Of a stretch of 64,000 bases of DNA, positions 11,910 to 23,964 are shown in pieces. The position numbers were made by a program, and so were the translations under genes. The notes under the pieces are model-generated. The model was given only the letters and a program-made list of their open reading frames with translations. It was not told the DNA's origin and searched no databases. Location of the stretch: NCBI GenBank assembly GCA_051313645.2, contig JBNRSN020000028.1:65038001-65102000 (forward strand). Direction: 5' to 3'. Source of the stretch: Centroscyllium fabricii (taxonomy: Eukaryota). The stretch's first letter is position 1; every line of letters begins with the position of its first letter.

Positions 11910-13389
11910 TGTAGGACTCTCAAAATTCCCACATTTCCCAAGTTATTATTAAGGGACCTAAAGGACAAGTTATCAATAAAGTGACCCCTGAAGGGAATGG
12001 CTTTTGGACATCATGGCAATACCTGCAAGGTTAAAGTAGGGCCCTGCAGACATGATGTCAAGTTCAAAAGCTTAAAACTTGGCATGCCTGGGCCTGTAGG
12101 ACACAGCTTTAGAAACCAGACAACTGGATGAGACAGAATAAACATTCTTCCCTTTTAACAAATCAACTCAGGAAAAGACTTAATCTTGCACAAACCTAAA
12201 GCCCATCAAAACTATGCAGAAATAATTGCTTACAGTTCAAACTAGCTACCAAGCCAGGATGATACCAAATAACATTATGCATAACAAACACCCAAGACAT
12301 TAAAGCCATTTAGCAATGAGATAACTGCCCCAAAACCAGTTAAGGTGAATGGCTATAATCACCTTAATGAGTTTGCCAAAAATCAGACAAAGAATTAACC
12401 CTGATTTGGTGCGCAGATAACAAACTCAAAAACAGTATAACTGTAGGCCCCCTCATAACCAAGGAAGCATTTTCGAGTGGAAGCATTCGGGAAGCATGCT
12501 AGCTAGCGACACGACACCAGAAGGAACCGAGTGAAGCCAACAGGAAGGCTCACGCAACATCACGGTGAGAGGGCACGGTGGGGCAGGCTCGACCGAAGAC
12601 AACAAGTTCACAACTGCAGCTCTACATGAGGACTGACCACAAGCACCACGGTAACAAAGGGCCAGAAAAACGATACCTTCAGATCATTACCACTACACAG
12701 GTAATGATCTCGGCCACCACGACCATGCTGAAACCGAAGACCACCAACCGAAAACCAACTGCAACAAAACTCAACAACCAGACCACCACCGGAAGAACAA
12801 AACCTGAAGTTTTCCACTCTACAAGCTAAAGTACCCAACAAAGACTTTATTCTCCCTATTTCTAACTGAGAAAAGTGGGTACTCACCAGACAAATCCACA
12901 ACTGTGCCCAACCGCATCAGCGGACTCCACCAAACTGAAAAACCTTCGCAGATTCTAAGACTAGTAACACTTGGAGATGGCAGGCCCCAAAAACGCAACT
13001 GGCTTAACTGACAGGATTCGAACTGTCAAGTTGGTGAGCATGATCCCTGGCCCTTTTAGTACAATTTAGTTAGATATTGGGGGTGGGACAGGGTCGGGGC
13101 ATTATTAATGTGATTGTTTTCCCTCATTGTGCTGTGTGTTCCCCATTCCTGATTAAGTGTACTCTCGAATGTCTGTAACTATTACAGTAATCTAGGTGTA
13201 ATTTTTCAATGTTATAATTTTATTGTGACTCTAATAAAACACAGTTTTCTTGCACCAAACCAGTTGTCTGCTCCAATTTTGTATCACAGCCTGCACCCAA
13301 GTCCAGAGTCTAGAGCCTAAGGGGTGTGGGAGCGATTCAAACCGCTCAGACAGTCAGAGGCAAAGCTGACCCACAGGCCACCCCCTACA
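11910..13389 (+). repeat. ERV-B 5' LTR (about 1.48 kb)
   Basis: Direct repeat of 34028-35505 with scattered substitutions and indels. AATAAA at about 13234. Confidence 0.95.
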
Positions 13390-13393
13390 GAAA

Positions 13394-13413
13394 TGGTGAC
13401 CGCGGCAGGACTC
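13394..13413 (+). promoter_or_regulatory. Primer-binding site, tRNA-Arg-like
   Basis: TGGTGACCGCGGCAGGACTC begins 4 nt after the LTR. It matches, from memory, the complement of a vertebrate tRNA-Arg 3' end (TGGCGACCGCGGCAGGACTC) with one CpG-type change. Confidence 0.8.
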
Positions 13414-13464
13414 TGGCAACAGGGGTGTGATACAGTAGGCACTGATTCGGAAGAGAACATTTTA

Positions 13465-15191
13465 ATGGAAGAAAGGATTTCAAATTATGTTTTCAGTAAA
13501 GTGAATATCACCAAGAAGTGGATCACTAATCTGTTAAAGGCTGAGCGTCCAGTAGATGCTGCGGCTAAGTGGACAGAAGGGAAGGATCACAAGAAATCCA
13601 TAGGGAAATCAGTCTGGCTGATGTGCTTCAAGAAACAGGTCCAGCTTTTGGGCAGGATCATTGAGGTACAGGCAGCTGAGATACGGGAGTCAGCCCTGGA
13701 AGCCCAAGCAAGGGCTCCAGCAGGGGAGAGGTTACTGGCAGGATTTAAGGCTCTGAACAAGGAAAGGGTGCAGTTACTGGGGGAGCATAAGACCAGGCAG
13801 GAGTATTTACAGTGTCAGGTGAGTTTGTGGAAAACGAATGCCCGCCTAGCAAGACAAGTAAGAGAGCAGGAGGAGAATGTAAAAGACATATAGGCAGCCT
13901 ATAAGATAGCGAGCGCACAGGGGTTTGAGGATGCAGATCATGGCCCTTGCCAGAAACAGATAGAGAATCTTAGCCTTGCTCTAAGGAAGGCAAAATACAT
14001 GGTGTGCCTCATAAGCCTGAGTGCAGCCCAGGTCGACTTTACAGGGAAACTGGGGAGAATGGTTCAGACACCATTGGCAGTGCCAAGGGATGACCTGGTT
14101 GAAAAACAGGAGGACACACGACCACCACCCGTAGCGCCAAGTTTCAGCAAAGTCTGGCAGCAAGTGGGGTGGAGTTAGGGGTAGATGCTGAGGTGGAAAA
14201 ACCCCCGCAAGAGAGGCTGGGACCGGGGCCGATGTGCCCGGCCCGGCAGCAAAGGTTTGGCCCACCCGCTGATAACGGGGATGAGGGACCCCTTCAAAAC
14301 CATTTTGTAGTTCCCCACGGCACCCAACAGCTTAGGGCTATGGTAACCTATATAACAAAACTCACAGCAAATGGGGACCCCTCGGTCCACTTCAGGGAAG
14401 TGGAACAGGCAGCAAGCATCAACGAGTGCGATGATGCTGAACAGGCCAAAATGCTGCTATTCTCCCTGGCGAGTAAGCTCTTCCAGCCCCTCTCTGACCA
14501 GTGTCAGAGGGGACAGAGCAAGTGTGGGGAACTCAGGGAGGAAGTTTTTGAGGCCATGGGGATGAATGAAGGAAGTCCTTTCTCCCGGGTGGAGGAAACA
14601 GTGCAGCTCACAGGGGAAACCCTGCAGGTTTTCGCAGACAGGTTGTGGCCGGTGTATAGGAGTGCCTGTAATGGGGCACCTAACCGGGCTAACCTGGACC
14701 AGGATCAGCTGGCCCACTGGCTCCATTGCCTGGGGGCAAACAGCTTGCCATAGGTCAGGGCCAAGGCAGAAATGTGGTTTGACCCAAAGCATCCCCTGAC
14801 TACAGAACAGATAGCGGTCAGACAATTGACCCTAGCTTCCTGGAATGGTAAGGGAACCGATGAACACTCGCCTAAAGGGAAGGTGCATGAAATGAAACCT
14901 GGCCAGGGTTGGAAGGGGTAGCATCAGGAAGGGAATAACCCTTCCAGCACAAAGCTTAACTGTTATGGGTGTGGGAAGGATGGACACTGGAGGAAGGAGT
15001 GTAGAAATCCTTGGAACGATAACAAGGGAAAGGATTCCTCAGCCCCAGCCCAAAAGACAGAGACAAGAATCCCTCCCACCACGGTCGAGTCATTTTTGGA
15101 CCACATAAGGACCCTATTGACTGGCCCAGGGAAGGTAGCAGCCATTACCGGTGCTCTGACCCCATCGGCCCCATCTAACCCACCGACCTGA
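13465..15191 (+). pseudogene. gag: ERV-B gag: N-terminal coiled coil, capsid, CCHC zinc knuckle
   Basis: Starts MEERISNY with a long heptad-rich region. Capsid-like GDPSVHFREVE and QLTGETLQVFADRL. CYGCGKDGHWRKEC at 14961. Internal stops and frameshifts. Confidence 0.85.
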
Positions 15192-16334
15192 CTAGAGTCA
15201 GCGCAGCCTGTTTACCTGTGTTCCCTTAAGTACGACTTATGGAAGAGACCTCTCGTTGAGATGGAGGTAGAAGAGGTAAAAGAGACCTGTCTGTTGGACA
15301 CGGGAGCATCATGCACCATGATCCATTCAGCTAACCCCACCACCTCACCTCTATGTAATGGGGTCCCATACAGCCTGTCGGGATTCACAGGTAAAGAACA
15401 GGCTGGCTCATTTTCCATCCCGCTGTCCATTCATTTAGGAACACTCTGCTCTAAGTGGACCTGTATCCTAATGAAGTGGGAAGTGGAGGGTGGGAAAGGG
15501 ATCCTGGATCCAACTTTATTGTAGGCCACAGGATCCTAGTGGATTTAAGAAATCACTGCCTATGGGGGGTGACTACAGGAAAGGAAGGCAGAGTAGTAGC
15601 CATGCCAGGGAAACAGGGGAAGGGGACCCTGTGCACCATGAAGCCTAAAGAGGGTTATAATCTCAAACTCATGGTCAGTAATACCCGAAGGGAGTTCCAG
15701 GCATTTGTGCAAGCCCACCTAGCCACATTTGCCACACACAAGCACGACTGTGTGAGTGTCAATGGGTTCAAGGTCAGTGTGGATGGGAACCCTATGGCCC
15801 GACCACAAAAGCAGTATAACTTCCCCAGGGAAGCGGAGCCAGCCATGGAAGCAGCCATGTCCTCCTTAGTGTAACAGGGAGTCCTGAGACCGATAGCCAC
15901 CCACGTAAACTCTCCATTGTGGCTGGTTAGAAAACCGAACAACTCCTAGAGGGCCACAGTGGACTGTCGGGTGCTCAACAGTAACATCCCAGCCTGTGCA
16001 CCCATGGTAGCAGCAGTTGCCGACCTGATAGGAAGTAACCCAGCATCCGCAACCACTTTCACAGTGCTGGATATTTCCAACAGGTTTTGGTCCATCCCTT
16101 TATGGAGTGAGGGTTAGCACAAGGTTGCCTTTACTTTTAAAGGGCAACAGTACACCTGGAACTGTTTGCCTCAGGTCTTCCACAATAGCCCTAGCATTTT
16201 CCACCAATGTATGGCAAACAGGTTAAATGGCTTCAGCCAGCCCAGGCAGCTGGTACAGTAGGTGGATGACCTGCTACTCTTCATGGATTCGAGAGAGGAG
16301 CATGGCTCACTACTAACCGAACTGCTGGAACTGC
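15192..16334 (+). pseudogene. pol: ERV-B pol segment 1: protease and RT
   Basis: Motifs LLDTGAS, NSPLWLVRKP, VLDISNRFWSIPL, LPQVFHNSPSIFHQ and LVQ*VDDLLL (YVDD with a stop). Confidence 0.9.
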
Positions 16335-16641
16335 TGTGGTAATCATATTACCATTGTATATAGTTGAGTTACACTACAGACCAGCATGTATAGTGACTGG
16401 GTGCACTGTATATAGTATTGTATAAGGACACTGTCGCGAGGTCAGGTCAGCCACACCTCTAACTCCTCCCCTCAGGTGAGAGCCTTATAGGTGAGGTCTG
16501 ACCTGCCCCCATTCATTCTGTACTCGATGTTCGACTGGAGGCTAGCTCCATTCTAAAGTGATTAAAAGCCTATAGTTAAGGTAACTACTCGTCTTTGTCT
16601 TATTGACGATACGTCAATTTAAATCACTTTAATTTTTCGAA

Positions 16642-18054
16642 ATGGAGAGCGGCGCTGTGAAGCCCAAAAAGCTGGATATTAATCCACAGGAACCAGACGC
16701 CGCCAACACGTTTGAACATTGGTTCAGCGTTGTTGAGGCCTACATGGCGGCCGCCAAGGCGACGACCGATGGGGACAAATTACACGTCCTCTCGTCCAGG
16801 ATCACCAGCCGGGGGTACTCCTTCATCCGTGGCACCACAACGTACGTAGAGGCCGTGGAGAAACTGAAGCCATGCTACGTGCGCCCGGTCCACTCGGTCT
16901 ATGCCAGACACGTGCTGGCGACCAGACAACAGCGGCTCGGCGAGTCGAACGAACAGTATCTGTTGGCGCTTCAAGCCCTCGCCCGGGCCTGTGACTGCCA
17001 GCCACGAACGGCGCAGGAGGAGACGAATCTCCTCGTTCGAGATGCTTACGTGACAGGAATCAGGTCCAGCCAGGCCCGCCAGCGGTTGCTGGAAAAAGAG
17101 ACTTTATCACTGGAGGAGGCGATCTCCATCTCTAACGCAGAGGATGGAGCACGCCACAGGCTAGAGGCGTATAGCGGCCAAGGCCCACAAGACACCCTCG
17201 ATCCCTGGGCGGCCCCACGACAGGTCGAGAACCCCACGATGGCAGTGGCAGCTGCGAAGACGCCGTCGGACAGAAAATGTTACTTCTGCGGCAAGGGACA
17301 GCATCCGCGAGCGAAATGCCCCGCGAGGACCGCGGCCTGTGAGAGATGTGGCAAAAAGGGACACTACGCCAGGGCCTGCAAATCGGCCCCAGCGCCCAGC
17401 TCCAGACACAACAGCGTGGCCTGCGAGAGCTCCAACGTCATCCCATGGCCTAAGGTAAGCTGCTGTTGCAGCGCGACCCAGCAGCGGTCCGGGGGTAGAT
17501 TACAGGCGCCCCCGTCTCCCACCCCTATACGGCAGAGGCCGGCCGCGCACACAGCACGGGCACTGCCACGCCAAAGACGGCCGCGGCCGGCCATGGGTGA
17601 CTCCCCAACGCCGGCATCTCGCCCAGCGCGGTCCGCTGCATGCGAATCATGGGGGCCGCCAACTCGGCCACCGCGGTCCGCCGCGTGCGAGCCACGGGCA
17701 CCGCCATCGCGTCCACCGCGGCCCGCCGCGTGCGAACCATGTGCACCGCCATCGCGTCCACCGCGGCCCGCCGCGTGCGAATCACGGGCGCCGCCATCTC
17801 GTCTTCAGCGGCCAGCCATGTGCGACTCCCCGGCGCCGCCATCTACTCTTCAGCGGCCAGCCATGTGCGACTCCCCGGCGCCGCCAACTTGTCTTCAACG
17901 GTCAGCCATGTGCGACCCCCCGGCGCCGCCACCTTGTCCACTGCGGTCGGCCGCGTGCGAACCATGGGCGACGCCATCTTGTGCACGGCCCCAGCTAGCG
18001 GAGGGCCCCCACACACACACACACTTCGGCCTCAGCCATTGTCGACCAGGCTAG
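16642..18054 (+). CDS. gag: Gypsy Gag with two zinc knuckles and a C-terminal 15-aa repeat tract
   Basis: RQQRLGES, CYFCGKGQHPRAKC and CERCGKKGHYARAC. Confidence 0.85.
   Translation: MESGAVKPKKLDINPQEPDAANTFEHWFSVVEAYMAAAKATTDGDKLHVLSSRITSRGYSFIRGTTTYVEAVEKLKPCYVRPVHSVYARHVLATRQQRLGESNEQYLLALQALARACDCQPRTAQEETNLLVRDAYVTGIRSSQARQRLLEKETLSLEEAISISNAEDGARHRLEAYSGQGPQDTLDPWAAPRQVENPTMAVAAAKTPSDRKCYFCGKGQHPRAKCPARTAACERCGKKGHYARACKSAPAPSSRHNSVACESSNVIPWPKVSCCCSATQQRSGGRLQAPPSPTPIRQRPAAHTARALPRQRRPRPAMGDSPTPASRPARSAACESWGPPTRPPRSAACEPRAPPSRPPRPAACEPCAPPSRPPRPAACESRAPPSRLQRPAMCDSPAPPSTLQRPAMCDSPAPPTCLQRSAMCDPPAPPPCPLRSAACEPWATPSCARPQLAEGPHTHTHFGLSHCRPG
17625..17990 (+). repeat. 45-bp GC-rich tandem repeat (about 8 units) encoding (R/P)xAxC(E/D)xxAPPxxx
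   Basis: Repeated ccgcgtgcga...gccgccatct units. Confidence 0.85.
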
Positions 18055-18076
18055 GCCGCACACCCTATCAAATTCC

Positions 18077-20923
18077 ATGATGGGGATTAAAGTTAACGGC
18101 CACATCACCAACTGCCTGTTCGACACCGGAAGCACAGAGAGCTTCATTCACCCCGACACAGTGCAGCGCTACGCACTGCAGACCCTGCCCACGCACTACC
18201 AAATCTCCCTTGCTTCAAAGTCCCACACGGCGGACGTCACCGGCTATTGCTCCGTCACGCTCACGGTCAGGGACTGGGTGTACCGTAATTTTAAACTGTA
18301 CATCCTCCAGCAGTTGTGCGCACCAGTCTTACTGGGACTGGATTTCCAGCGCAACCTGAAGAGCGTGACAATGGAGTTCGGCGGGACCCTGGCTCCCCTC
18401 GCCGTCAGTAGCCGGGACAATCCCTTCCTAAAGCGGAGCCCGACTTGCGGCCTATCCACCCTGAAATTCGACCCCCCCTCGCTGTTCGCCAATCTCGACC
18501 CCAACTGCAAACCCATTGCTACCAAGAGTCGGCGTTACAGTGCGGGGGACCGGGCATTTATCAGGTCGGAAGTTGGGCGTATGCTGCAGGAGGGGATAAT
18601 TGAAGCCAGCACCAGCCCCTGGCGGGCCCAGGTCGTAGTGGTTAAGACTGGCGAGAAACTGCAGATGGTGATCGATTACAGCCAGACCATTAACCGCTAC
18701 ACCGCGCTCGACGCCTACCCCCTTCCCTGCATCTCGGACATGGTTAACCAGATCGCCCAGTATAAGGTCTTCTCAACAATCGACCTTAAGTCGGCGTATC
18801 ACCAACTCCCGATCCGGAAAGCCGACCGCCAGTACACTGCCTTCGAGGCGAACGGTCGGCTCTACCACTTCTTCCGGGTCCCCTTCGGCGTGACCAACGG
18901 AGTGTCGGTATTCCAAAGGGAGATGGACCGTATGGTTGACCAGAACGGGTTGCAAGCCACTTTCCCCTACCTGGACAACGTGACCATCTGCGGCCATGAC
19001 CAGCAGGACCACGATGCCAACCTGGCCAAATTCCTCCACACGGCGAAACGGCTCGATCTCACTTACAATAAAGACAAGTGCGTCTTTAGTACAGACCGGC
19101 TCGCCATCCTCGGATACGTGGTGGAAAACGGGGTCCTCGGCCCCGACCCACAGCGTATGCGTCCCTTACAGGAACTGCCCCTACCTCACAACCCCAAAGC
19201 CCTGAGGAGATGTCTGGGATTTTTCTCCTATTACGCGCAATGGGTTCCCCAGTTCGCGGATAAGGCCAGACCGCTCCTCAAGGCTGACGTCTTCCCCCTC
19301 TCGGTAGAAGCCCAAAAGGCGTTCACCCTGATTAAGTAAGATATTATCAAGGCGACCATGCACGCCGTTGATGAGTCCATCCCTTTCCAGGTGGAGAGTG
19401 ACGCTTCGGACTTTGCCCTTGCCGCCACCCTGAATCAGGCAGGCAGGCCCATAGCGTTTTTCTCCCGCACCCTACAGGGACCCGAAACTCGCCACTCTGC
19501 AGTGGAAAAGGAGGCCCAGGCCATCGTGGAGGCCGTGCGCTACTGGCGTCATTACCAGGCCGGTAAGTGTTTTACCCTGCTCACCGACCAACGGTCGGTC
19601 GCGTTTATGTTTAACAATAAGCAAAAGGGTAAAATCAAGAATGATAAGATCCTGCGGTGGCGGATCGAGCTCTCGACTTACGAGTACGACATTCTTTACC
19701 GTCCAGGCAAACTCAATGAACCCCCGGACGCACTGTCCAGGGGAACGTGTGCCAGTGCCCAGCTAGACCGGCTGAAGGAACTCCACGATCGCCTCTGCCA
19801 CCCGGGTATCACCAGACTTGCCCATTTCGTTAAATCCCGTAGCCTCCCCATCTCCATCACAGAGATCAAGGCTATGAACCGAGAGTGCCCTGTTTGCGCC
19901 GAGTGCAAACCCCAATTTTACAGGCCAGACACGGCGTACCTCAATAAGGCCACCCGCCCCTTTGAACGTCTAAGCGTGGACTTCAAAGGCCCCCTCCCCT
20001 CCACCGACCGCAACTCGTACTTCCTCACGGTCGTGGACGAGTTCTCCTGCTTCCCCTTCGCCTTCGCCTTCCCCTGCCCAGATATGACGAGCGCAACAGT
20101 GATAAGACACTTCACCACGCTGTTCGCCTTTTTCGATCTCCCCAGCTACATCCATAGCGACCGGGGGTCGTCGTTCATGAGCGACGAACTGCGTCAATTT
20201 CTGCTTCAGAAAGGGTTTGCCTCAAGCAGAACGACCAGTTACAACCCCTGGGGGAACGGCCAGGTAGAAAGGGAGAACGGGATCATCTGGAAGGCGGTCA
20301 GCCTGGCCCTGAAGTCCAGAGGCCTTCCAGTGTCCCGTTGGCAGGTAGTCCTCCCAGACGCGCTCCACTCCATCCGCTCTCTGCTGTGTACGGCTACAAA
20401 TGCCACACCTCATGATTTATTATTTTCATTCCCCAGGAAGTCGACTTCGGGGACGGCACTCCCACCGTGGCTCACGATGCCAGGGCCAGTCTTACTTAGG
20501 AAACATGTCCGCGGTCATAAGACCGACCCCCTGGTGGAAAAGGTGCAGCTGCTGCATGCCAACCCGCAGTACGCCTACGTGCAGTTCCCGGACGGGCGCA
20601 AGGACACAGTTTCCATCAGGGACCTAGCGCCCGCCGGGAGCACTACAGCAGAGCCCCTGGTCGAGCCTCAGCCTGACCAGCCACCGCCTACCGACCACTG
20701 GCTTACACACCAACCACCACCTACCGGATACTGGCCTATGCACATGCACACACCGGGGCCCCCGACACTATCAGCTGAGGACCCAGGACCAGACGCCACA
20801 CCGCAGGCACAGTCGCCGCAGGACCCGGCCCCGCCGCCACAACCGGCACCAGCGCCGCTACCGGAACCTCGGCGGTCCTCACGGCAGACACGACCACCGG
20901 AGAGACTCATCGAGAACTGTTGA
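18077..20923 (+). pseudogene. pol: Gypsy pol PR-RT-RH-IN, interrupted by one in-frame stop at about 19337
   Basis: Motifs FDTGS, YLDN, ESDASD, HHCC, SDRG and NGQVER. ORFs 18077-19339 and 19358-20923 are in the same frame. Confidence 0.9.
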
Positions 20924-21291
20924 TCTGGACTCATACAAATCTTTTTGCACTAACCGTTTCTGTCCATTCACCCCGCCGGACTCAATTTTCAAAGAAGGGG
21001 TGAATGTGGTAATCATATTACCATTGTATATAGTTGAGTTACACTACAGACCAGCATGTATAGTGACTGGGTGCACTGTATATAGTATTGTATAAGGACA
21101 CTGTCGCGAGGTCAGGTCAGTCACACCTCTAACTCCTCCCCTCAGGTGAGAGCCTTATAGGTGAGGTCTGACCTGCCCCCATTCATTCTGTACACGATGT
21201 TCGACTGGAGGCTAGCTCCATTCTAAAGTGATTAAAAGCCTATAGTTAAGGTAACTACTCGTCTTTGTCTTATTGACGATACATCAACTGC

Positions 21292-23964
21292 TTAGGCAGG
21301 AAGGCTTTAAAGTGAACCCAAAGAAAGTGCAGATCGACCAGCAGGAGGTGAAATTCCTGGGCCTGACAGTATGCGCTGGGGAAAGGGACGTGGATAAAAC
21401 TAGAAGGGAAGCAGTACAGGAGTTCCCAGTCCACAACACATTCATGGGAGTGAGATCTTTTCTAGGGCTAACCGAGTACTGCAGAGATTTTATTGAGGAC
21501 TATGCAGCAACAGCAGCCCCTCTGGTCTGACTCCTACATAAGGGAATGGAGTGGAGTGGGTTTGGGATGAGGGTTGCCAGGCAGAATTTGTCAGGCTCAA
21601 GAAAGATCTGCAGACCGCACCAGTTCTAGGGGCCATAGATGGGGGGAAAGAGTTCATCCTGGAGGTAGCAGCCTGCTGGGACAGCCTGAGTGCTGTGCTG
21701 CTCCAAGAGCGGCATGGCAGGCTGAGACTGGTGGTCTACACCTCCAGGATACTCACGGATGTGGAGAAGAGCTACTCCAATTCTGAGAGGCTCCTCTTGG
21801 TCATACATTGAGCTGTGAAAAGATCGCTGATCTTCACAGGCACCTCTCCCATCACCCTCCTCACCCATCACATGCCTACACAGATGTTCCTGGATGGGAG
21901 AATCAAGGATGGGACAGTGAGCAGTGCCTGCATTGCTCACTGGACCCTGCTTCTCTCACAGATGGAACTGAAAGTAAAAGGGCTCTGCAAGCCAAAGCTC
22001 ACAGCTAACTTGCTCTATCCTGGAACAGCCCACTGGTGTTCCATAGAAGGGGTTTGGGAAGTAGACATTGGTTTGCGGGCCGCGATACACCCCACAGGCT
22101 GCAAAATCTATGTGGATGGCTCTAGCAAAGTATCTACTGGTGAGCGACTCACAGGGTGCGGAGTTTATGACCCAGAGGCAAACATTGCCCTTGCAATTAA
22201 GCTCCCCAGCATCATAAGCGCCCAGTAGGCTGAACTGTCCACAGTAGTGTACATTGTTACACACCCCGAGATCTTCACCACCCCATACACGATCTGCTCG
22301 GACAGCATGTTCACATGCAATTCGTGTATGGAGTACCTGGCCGTCTGGTCCCACCGTGGATACACCTCCGCTGACGGGAGACCCGTCACAGTGAAACCCC
22401 TGCTGGAAAAAAACTTAGCTGCAGTGGGGGAGGAAGGGGAGGTTTTCATCCATAAGGTGAAAGCCCATTCCTCCACAGAACCCTGTAGTAAGGGCAACCA
22501 GCAGGCTGATGTGCTAACTAAGGAGGGTGCATGCACAGGCACTTTCAGGGACCCATATGGGTCCAGTCCTATAGCAGCAGTCAGGGGTAGGAATGGGACA
22601 CAAGGGCGTGCAAAGTTAGTTTTAACCCCGGACATTAAGACGGCCCAAACTCAAGACCCCGTCCTCAAGGCAGTCCTCCGTGCAGTAGCTGAGGGGAAAA
22701 CGGTAGAGGGCCCTTATGCACAGCAGCCCTCTCTGTAAATGAAGGCATGCTGTTTAAGGGAGTGCAATGGGTGGTACCACAGCAGCACAGGAGGGAATTC
22801 CTTCAACTGGCCCATGAGGGTTCAGGAGCGGGGCATCCCAGGCCTGAGACCACCTGGCAGCGGGTGGAACAGGTGGAATGGTGGCCAGGACTCAGGGAAG
22901 ATATCCGTGAGTTCTGTGCCAGCTGTCTGGTGTGTGCAGCTAACAACCCTGACCCCCCACAAAAGGAAGGTACCTATGGGACACATCAGGAGGGTAGAGG
23001 GAACATGGCAGTCACTCCAGGTCGACTACATCAGGCCCCTACCCACCACCCAGGGAGCCTATAAGTATTGCTTAGTCCTGATGGATGTGTTCACAAAGTG
23101 GGTAGAAGCCTTCCCCTGCCAACCAGCCACAGCTCTGGGTACAGTCAGGATCCTGGTCAGGGAGGTGTTCTCGCGATGGGGGCTACCACAATATGTGGAG
23201 TCCAACCAAGGGAGCCATTTTACTGGACAGGTCATGCAGAATACCCTTATGGTACTCGGCATTGAGGGGAAATGGCAAGTTGCGCACAACCCACAGTCCT
23301 CAGGGATTGTGGAGAGGATGAACATGACCTTGCAAGAAAGGCTGAGGAAAGAGACGGTAGACTCACCTAGAAAGTGGGTGGTGGTCCTACCATTGGTCCT
23401 GATGGGGAGCCGAGCCAGCCAGTCAGAAAGCACGGGGTATTGCCCACACGAGCTGATGACTGGCAGAGTTCTGAGAACTCCCACCCATGTACTAGCCCCG
23501 GTGCTCACAGAAGGTCAGCTCAGGGAGGTGAACCAGGACAGTTTTGCCAGGAACCTATTTGAGCACCTTAAATAGGTCCACGGGCAGGCGGCTGGGAACA
23601 TGAGAAAACAGCATTGGAGTAACCGATTGCTGTTAGAACCCTGAACACACCACGAATGGGAGATAGGGGATCAGGTTATGGTTGGAAATTTTGCTCGGGT
23701 AGGAAGTTTAGAACCGTTATACATGGAGTCCTACAGCATTGTAGACAAGGCAAGCCCCATGGTATACGCCATAAAGATCCCTCAGCGCATCAAATGGTTC
23801 CACATTAATAAATGCAAATTGTTTAAGCCCGAGAGAAGGGAACAGCCAGTTAGGGCAAGGTCTGAGGATCGAAGTCCTCAGTCTGCAGCAGAAGCAAACT
23901 CACAGACTGCACAGGCGGGTGCAGTGGCTTATTTTAAGGGAAGGGCCATCCCCCCCACTGTTTG
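21292..23964 (+). pseudogene. pol: ERV-B pol segment 2: RT end, tether, RNase H, integrase
   Basis: VRSFLGLTEYCRDFI, IYVDGSS, KVKAH, AHEGSGAGHP...CASCLVC, DVFTKWVEAFP and QSSGIVER. Several stops and frameshifts. Confidence 0.9.

Larger units (their letters stand above)
16335..21286 (+). mobile_element. Full-length Gypsy LTR retrotransposon inserted in ERV-B RT
   Basis: 282-bp LTRs at 16335-16616 and 21005-21286 with three visible differences. TSD ACTGC. PPT aaagaagggggtgaa. ERV-B RT resumes (LLRQEGFKVNPKK) afterwards. Confidence 0.95.

Noticed and set aside
12578-12901. Sense and antisense ORFs in the ERV-B LTR (repeated at 34672-34971)
   Set aside because: They recur only because the LTRs are duplicated. 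Low complexity, with no recognisable domain.
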